Source of the DNA: Piedraia hortae CBS 480.64 | Taxonomy: Eukaryota | DNA: 36,807 nucleotides | Assembly: GCA_010093745.1 (NCBI GenBank) | Contig: MU005972.1 | Location: 259,170 to 295,976 of the forward strand | Reading direction: 5' to 3' | Shown: positions 31,108 through 36,807 of the stretch, piece after piece | How positions within the stretch are numbered: the first letter of the stretch is position 1 | Layout of the letters: every line of letters begins with the position of its first letter | Notes under the pieces: generated by a model | What the model saw: the letters and a program-made list of their open reading frames with translations, nothing else | Databases searched by the model: none | Told to the model about the DNA's origin: nothing | Program-made: the position numbers and the translations under genes

Positions 31108-31487
31108 CGTGGCAACCGTTATTTCCACCGACGGCGCATTCTGCCTGCTGCCTTCGTCGATGGTCGTCTGATTAAACTGGGATGGGAAGAGCCGCCACCT
31201 TTCTCGATGGGGTTAGCGAAGAGCCATGGGAACCACCGCTTTCCTAAAGCGCTTAGCTCCAGATGCAGCTGCAATCGTGCTATTGGTGCGGAGAAGCCGA
31301 GTCCCTTCCATCGTCGATATCCGATTGGAATTGCCGTACTTTTATAGCTGAACGAATCAGGCCTTGTTCACAGCAGTCCTCGCGCCATGGCATTGATGTA
31401 CCATGCGGCCACTACTACACCACCAAGCTTGAGCCTTGGTGCATTTAAAAGAATTCAAAGTCCCCACACATTTTTCACCTTCAAACC

Positions 31488-33071
31488 ATGAACGACTTTG
31501 TGTTGAGACTACCCATCTTCCTCCTCATTGCCTTCATATGCTACCAAACATACAACTACATCACCCTATCAGCCAAGAGACGAGCCTTCCAAAGATCCCA
31601 AGGCACGCTCCCCGCACCATGGCTTCCAGGCACAGTAGACAAGCTCATCGGCTGGAACCACTTCCGAGATGACGCCCAAGCCCTCCAAGAACAACGCTTC
31701 CTCTCCCGCCAACAAAGCCTCTACGAAGACAACAACCTCCGCACCTTCCAACTCATCAACAGCGGACGACACATGCACCTCACCATCGAGCCCGAAAACC
31801 TCAAACACGTCCTCGCAATCGACTTCAAAAAATGGGGCCTACCCAAATCACGCATGGACTCCTTCCGCCCCTTCCTCGGCGACGGCATCTTCACCACCAA
31901 CGGCACGGCGTGGTCTCACTCCCGCGAAATGCTCCGTCCCAATTTTGTCCGTGCCCAAATCGGCGACCTATCCATGTTCGAAGTCCACATCACCCACCTC
32001 ATCACCTCCCTCCCAACTGACGGCTCCACCGTCGACCTCTCCGAGCGCTTCTTCCGTCTAACAATGGACAGCGCAACGGAATTTCTCTTCGGCGAATCGA
32101 CCAACTCCCTCCTGACCCAAAACCACGAATCCTTCTCCACCTCCTTCAACAGGGGACAAGACCACATCGCGCGCAGCGCCCGTTTCGGAATCTTCGCCAA
32201 ACTAGCCCAAGACAATACCACCTGGCCCCACGACCGGAAATTCGTCCATGACTTCGTGGACTACTACGTCTCCAAAGGCCTGTCAAAAAAATGCTCCCCC
32301 TCGGAGCGGTACGTCTTCCTCGACGAACTCTGCGAGAGGACTTCAGACCCGATCCACATCCGCAGCGAACTGCTCAACATCCTCTTAGCCGGGAGGGATA
32401 CCACCGCTTCACTGCTCACGAATGTGTGGCATGTTCTCTCCCAAAACCAAGACATCTTCAGCCGATTAAAATCTGAAGTTGATGCCCTAGGGGGTGCAAT
32501 GCCGAGCTTCGAACAGCTCAAGCAGATGAAATATCTCAAAGCTATTCTTCATGAATGTCTGCGGCTCTATCCGGTTGTTCCGGGAAATAGTCGCGAGGCG
32601 TTGGAGGATGCGGTGTTACCGCTCGGTGGGGGTGAGGATGGGAAGTCTCCGATTTTTGTTCCAAAGGGGGAGATGTTGGGGTGGAGTGTGTATACGATGC
32701 ATCGGAGGAAGGATTTGTTTGGGGAGGATGCGGAAGTTTTTAGGCCGGAGAGGTGGTTGGATGAGGATAATAAAAGGGGGTTGAGGACGGGGTGGGAGTT
32801 TTTACCGTTTAATGGTGGGCCGAGGATTTGTTTGGTAGGTTTTCCGTCCCTGGGGTGGTCTCGCCCACCACCCACCCTCACGCGCTCGCTCGCTCGCTAA
32901 CAAGTTGAATAGGGCCAGCAATTTGCTCTTACTGAAGCAAGCTACGCCACTGTGCGGCTTTGTCAGACTTTTGACCGCGTCGAGTGTCGCGATCCTACGC
33001 CATGGACGGAAAATTTGAGCTTGACGTGTAGGAATTTCAATGGGGCGAAGGTTGGGTTGTTTAGAGATTGA
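31488..33071 (+). CDS. Cytochrome P450, CYP52-like alkane/fatty-acid hydroxylase, ~501 aa; exons 31488-32834 and 32913-33071
   Basis: N-terminal membrane anchor, LGDGIFTTNG..W.HSR.MLRP, LLAGRDTTA, ECLR, FRPERW, spliced heme motif FNGGPRICLGQQFA. 78-nt intron with GCTAAC branch site. Confidence 0.95.
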
Positions 33072-33702
33072 TAGATTAGATGATGCGTGGGTTGTTTTAG
33101 AGCAGTGGAAAAGGACCTATGATATCTCTGGTGAATGAAATGAAATTCTTTTTTTTTTCTTCGAAACAATACTCGCAGGTGTCGGCCAGATACACTTGGA
33201 ACGTCACTCGACAGTATCAAATAGCCTGCAGAATCTTGAGGGAAGTTGGCTAAGCTTCGAAGCTACTAATCCAGGTTACCCAATTTGCTTCCCAACAATC
33301 CTGTCATATGCAGTGCAATTGTGTCGGATGTCGGCCAGGATTGCACCCGCGACCCGCCCCTCTTAAAGGGCCATCAGCGGGCCCTCTCAGATGCGAAGGC
33401 GATAATCTTCTTCCGCTGATGATGCGGAAGACGAGACATCGCCCGAAACCTGAGTCCTACAAGGGCCATTTGCTCGTCTGCTGTCGCCTGAACTCCAATT
33501 CACACATCAGCTACCGTTTCATCAGACCAGGCCACTACTGGGAGCTGGCAGACGGGGTTCATCAATTCGTGTCTGACTATTGCAGACCAGATGCTCGCTG
33601 TAGCCGTTGGTGCTGCACAGCTTGGTACGTTGGAGGGGGACGCTCCAGTATCAAGGCATTATATAGTAGTTGGGGGATGACGGGTGTAGGACGTGATGAG
33701 GA

Positions 33703-33726
33703 TGTGTGTGTGTGTGTGTGTGTGTG
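33703..33726. repeat. (TG)12 microsatellite
   Basis: Directly visible. Confidence 0.95.
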
Positions 33727-34439
33727 TTTGCAAGAAGAAGCGTGGGAAGCAAACAATCCCACTACCAGGCTGCCCCCATCGCAGAAGGTTGGCCGTACTC
33801 AACGTGACGTATGGCGCCACTCAAGTCCCTAACTGTGCACCCATTCGTTAAGAATGTTTGGAGGCATTGGGATGGGCACGGTGATAGTGAGAGGTGTGTA
33901 GTGTCAGGTCGCCAGACTCGACCGACGGTGTACATATATTTTGTTTGTGTGAGAAGGTATAAGGGTCATCCCCACATGCGGGCAAGGGTCCGGGTGCCCT
34001 TGCTAGCTTGGCTGCATTCAGCAGACCACACCGCACTCCAGCTTGAGCAGGGCGATGACTCGTTCGAAGGAAAACTTCCTCCTCCGAGGGAAAGCCTCGA
34101 CATCTACCTACGATCCTATAACAAAGAGAGCTGCTAGTAACTTATCGTTTAATATCATGAACATACAACACATACAGAAGAGGTTTTAATCGAAGGGTTT
34201 AACCCGCCACGAACCTACTCCATTTGCCTTTGCCATCTACCACGAAAAACTGCCCTCATCATAGCAAACTCTCGATCTCATCCACCTCAATGCCTCTGCC
34301 ATTTACCATCATCCATTTAATTTCATACACCCATCGACTAGAACAACCTATCCAACCCCAACGCATCCGCCGATAATGTCAAATTCCCTTTTCCCCTTGG
34401 GCACGAACTTTGCAGAGGCGTTCACACCCATGGCACCTC

Positions 34440-34992
34440 TTACGTCTGTTTGGACACGAACAGGGCGAACGGCATGATGACCCCCTTCCGGGCTATGTGG
34501 ACAGGTCTGTTCAAGCAATTGCGAGTGTAGGGTTCCCTTCCCTTGAGTTCACCCCACTTGGCCGTATGCGAAATCGTCTTAATCTTTTTCTTCGTCACGC
34601 GATGCGGCAGACCCAACAACGGCTTGGCAGCTTGCTTCTGTCCAGTCCTGGACTTGGAGGCCGAGGCCGCTTTGCGGACAGTTTTGAAAGGCTAGCATCC
34701 TTCATTCCGCGACTTATTGGTTCCAGACTCAGCTAAGGACAGGCCCGCCGGCGCTTTGCTGATTCCTTCAGCAGAATTGCCCTTGTCCTCCTTCTCCGGC
34801 AAAGCAAAATTACTGAGCGCAGACATCAATAATGTATCAAGATTGCTTTTCTTATGTACTTCTGAAGAGGTAGAGTAAGGACTCAAAAGCAAAGCGAGCA
34901 TTTCAACAAGTTCATCTCCTTCATCCTTGGGCTCGGTAGCTTGCGCTTTGGGCTCATCTTTCGGTGGTGTGGAGTTTTTTTGAGGCAGACAT
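34440..34992 (-). pseudogene. Disrupted orphan gene (copy A), paralog of 35511..35921
   Basis: ATG at 34992 (MSASK), apparent +1 frameshift in an A7 run, in-frame TAG at 34692-34694. The frame then continues PFKTVRKAASASKSRTGQKQAAKPLLGLPHRVTKK...HIARKG...KQT* with stop at 34440-34442. Confidence 0.65.
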
Positions 34993-35012
34993 CGCGTATG
35001 ATGGTCTGTGTG

Positions 35013-35013
<1 letters not shown>

Positions 35014-35055
<42 letters not shown>

Positions 35056-35056
35056 G
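35014..35056. repeat. (GTT)14 microsatellite in the putative 5' UTR of orphan copy A
   Basis: Directly visible. Confidence 0.95.
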
Positions 35057-36140
35057 AGAAGGAAGGGGAAGAGCGCGCCTGTAAAAAGTTCATCCTGCTG
35101 GTGAAGTTTACGGACTCGGGTGACGCGACATGGCTTGGGAAAAGTTTTTGGTCGCGTCATGAAGAAATTAAACAACAGGGTGGATGGGCGAGACAGTGTG
35201 AGATACAGCGGTTTAGCGTTGATTGTTGGCAGCAAGAGGCGTCCGCTGCTTTGGCATCTCGCCCTCTTCGTTGCAAATCCTTCCTGCCATAGCGCGACGT
35301 GTGTCGAATGAAAGACCCCGGGCTTATCGCCCAGCTTAGAGGCAAGATCATGTAGTGGATGACGATCAGTAGACCATTTATAGCCATTGACAACAAGTAC
35401 AAACTTTATCCTGTGTCTTCGCTTGAACCCTGTCCGAATGCGATCGCACGACATCTCGTACACAACACCATTCTGCCCTGCGACAAACAACTGTAACCCA
35501 TCCCGCCCGTTTACACCCTCGTCGACAAGAAGATCCGATCCAGACCTAGTGCATCCGCCGTCAGCGTATTAACCCCCTTGCCTATGTGCACAAACTTGGC
35601 GGCGGCGGTGATGTTCATGGCACTGCGGCTTCCTATCGGGACAGACGGCTTTACAGCCCCATTACGGGCTATCGGAGATGGTTGGTGGATGGTGAGTTTC
35701 GTCTTCTTGAGCTTCTCCCTCTTAATCGAATCGGTCGTCTTCTTCGTCACGCGGTGCGGTGGGCCCATTGCGTGCGAGCGCTTGGCGGCTTGCTTTCCTC
35801 CAGTAGTGGGTCCGGAGGCCTTGGTCATTTCTTTCGCTTTCTGGCCGGCGTTAGAGGGGTTGGAGCTCTGCTGGGACACTGCGCTGAGTGGGCCTTTGGC
35901 GTTGGGTTCGGCTGGGGCCATTGCTTTGTTCGTTAACTTCGTGGGACAAGGATTGGATGGATGCTTGAAGGTGTTGAAGGTGGGCACTTTGGATGCGCAG
36001 AGACTGCTTGTGCGTTGTCGTTGAGAGCGAGGAGGAAGAACACAGCAGAGAGGTAAGTAGCCTCAAAAATTCATCTTGCTGGTGAAATTATGGACCTTCG
36101 TGAATTTGGTCAGGAAGCAGCTTTGCCTGGGAGAAGTTTG
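35050..36140. repeat. Duplicated upstream block, ~35050-35150 and ~36014-36140
   Basis: AAAAAGTTCATCCTGCTGGTGAAGTTTACGGAC versus AAAAATTCATCTTGCTGGTGAAATTATGGAC; flanks GTTGAGAAGGAAGGGGAAGA versus GTTGAGAGCGAGGAGGAAGA, and CTTGGGAAAAGTTT versus CCTGGGAGAAGTTT. Confidence 0.8.
35511..35921 (-). CDS. Small basic orphan protein (copy B), 136 aa
   Basis: Open frame from ATG 35921: MAPAEPNAKG...KASGPTTGGKQAAKRSHAMGPPHRVTKK...PIARNG...; peptide and nucleotide similarity to copy A supports coding status. Confidence 0.6.
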   Translation of the reverse strand: MAPAEPNAKGPLSAVSQQSSNPSNAGQKAKEMTKASGPTTGGKQAAKRSHAMGPPHRVTKKTTDSIKREKLKKTKLTIHQPSPIARNGAVKPSVPIGSRSAMNITAAAKFVHIGKGVNTLTADALGLDRIFLSTRV

Positions 36141-36807
36141 CAATTGCGTTACTTATGATATCTCATACATATGTGTGGAGGTGGAGATCTGGTGGTCATG
36201 AAATGCAGGAATGCAGCGGGTAATGATTGCTTCTGCCCCAGTTGTCGCTCATCTCCGAGATCATATTTACTTCAACAAATGACGTGTCATAGATTGTCAC
36301 GTGCTAGCACTCTCATCCCATAGTGATCCCATGGGCGTTATACAGACTCATGTGCAAGAGCTCACGAGCGTGGCAGGCCCTCTCTAGCTTCCATACTAGA
36401 CAATACCTTGCTACGTGCACACGCTCAGTGCCTCTCTTTACACGTGTGGAGAAACTGACTGCAGCCCCACACACTTGCATCTTGGCATCGCAAACTCTCG
36501 TGTGATATGACGAACGGAACGAGCTACGTTTTCTTCTAATTCAAAGGGTTGATGTTTTCGACTAGCCTAAGATAAGCTTTGCTCCAAGAAGAAACTGTTG
36601 TGAATATGCGGTATATTACGCGCATTATTAGTAACCGTCGCTCGGCTCTCGACTTCACGCGTCAACTAGTTTTCCGTAGAGATTTGTATGCAGGTACACA
36701 TCTGCTCACAATTATAATAGGTTATGAGCCCGGGCTCTACCGCTAACAAGCGCTATTCAAATTGAGTCTCGAAGCGAAAGCGGAGCTTCCAGAGACCATG
36801 AGCTACG

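Noticed and set aside
33416..33470. CTGATGA...GAAAC resembling a hammerhead ribozyme core or C/D snoRNA boxes
   Set aside because: Stem II closing pair and the stem III/UH cleavage triplet do not form; C-to-D box spacing is too short for a snoRNA.
33100..34400. ORFs 33308..33832 and 33811..34137
   Set aside because: No recognisable domain, one reads through a (TG)n microsatellite, and no convincing splice structure was found.
36140..36807. Possible RNA gene or gene start at the right edge
   Set aside because: No tRNA cloverleaf, rRNA or snRNA signature recognised; the ATG near 36798 has too little context.

Overview
Gene-dense eukaryotic DNA from a filamentous ascomycete, with short GT-AG introns (39-80 nt) and very short intergenic spacers. 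Housekeeping genes in order: cytosolic IleRS (partial, runs off the left edge), USO1, RAT1/XRN2, a PRS5-type PRPP synthetase, an atypical Rho-like GTPase, SFI1, NDUFAF8, 2-methylcitrate dehydratase, PRKRIP1/DUF1168, GPI8, a large TP-repeat protein of unknown function, a UBE2G-type E2, RPS0, mitochondrial uS15, RAV1 and a CYP52-like P450. Two accessory stretches interrupt this: a decayed, intron-containing Mutator-like (MULE) transposase at ~14.1-16.5 kb, and a tandem pair of paralogous small basic orphan genes with a duplicated upstream block at ~34.4-36.1 kb (one copy disrupted). The most unusual signals are the orphan pair (with a short histone-H3-tail-like motif), recurrent C-rich to G-rich skew switches inside genes, a strand-biased RIP-like TpA patch inside the still-open IleRS frame, and convergent genes whose stop codons are 1 bp apart. 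I found no clear multi-gene novel system. Gene models were spliced by hand, family assignments come from recognised motifs rather than database searches, and all counts are manual.
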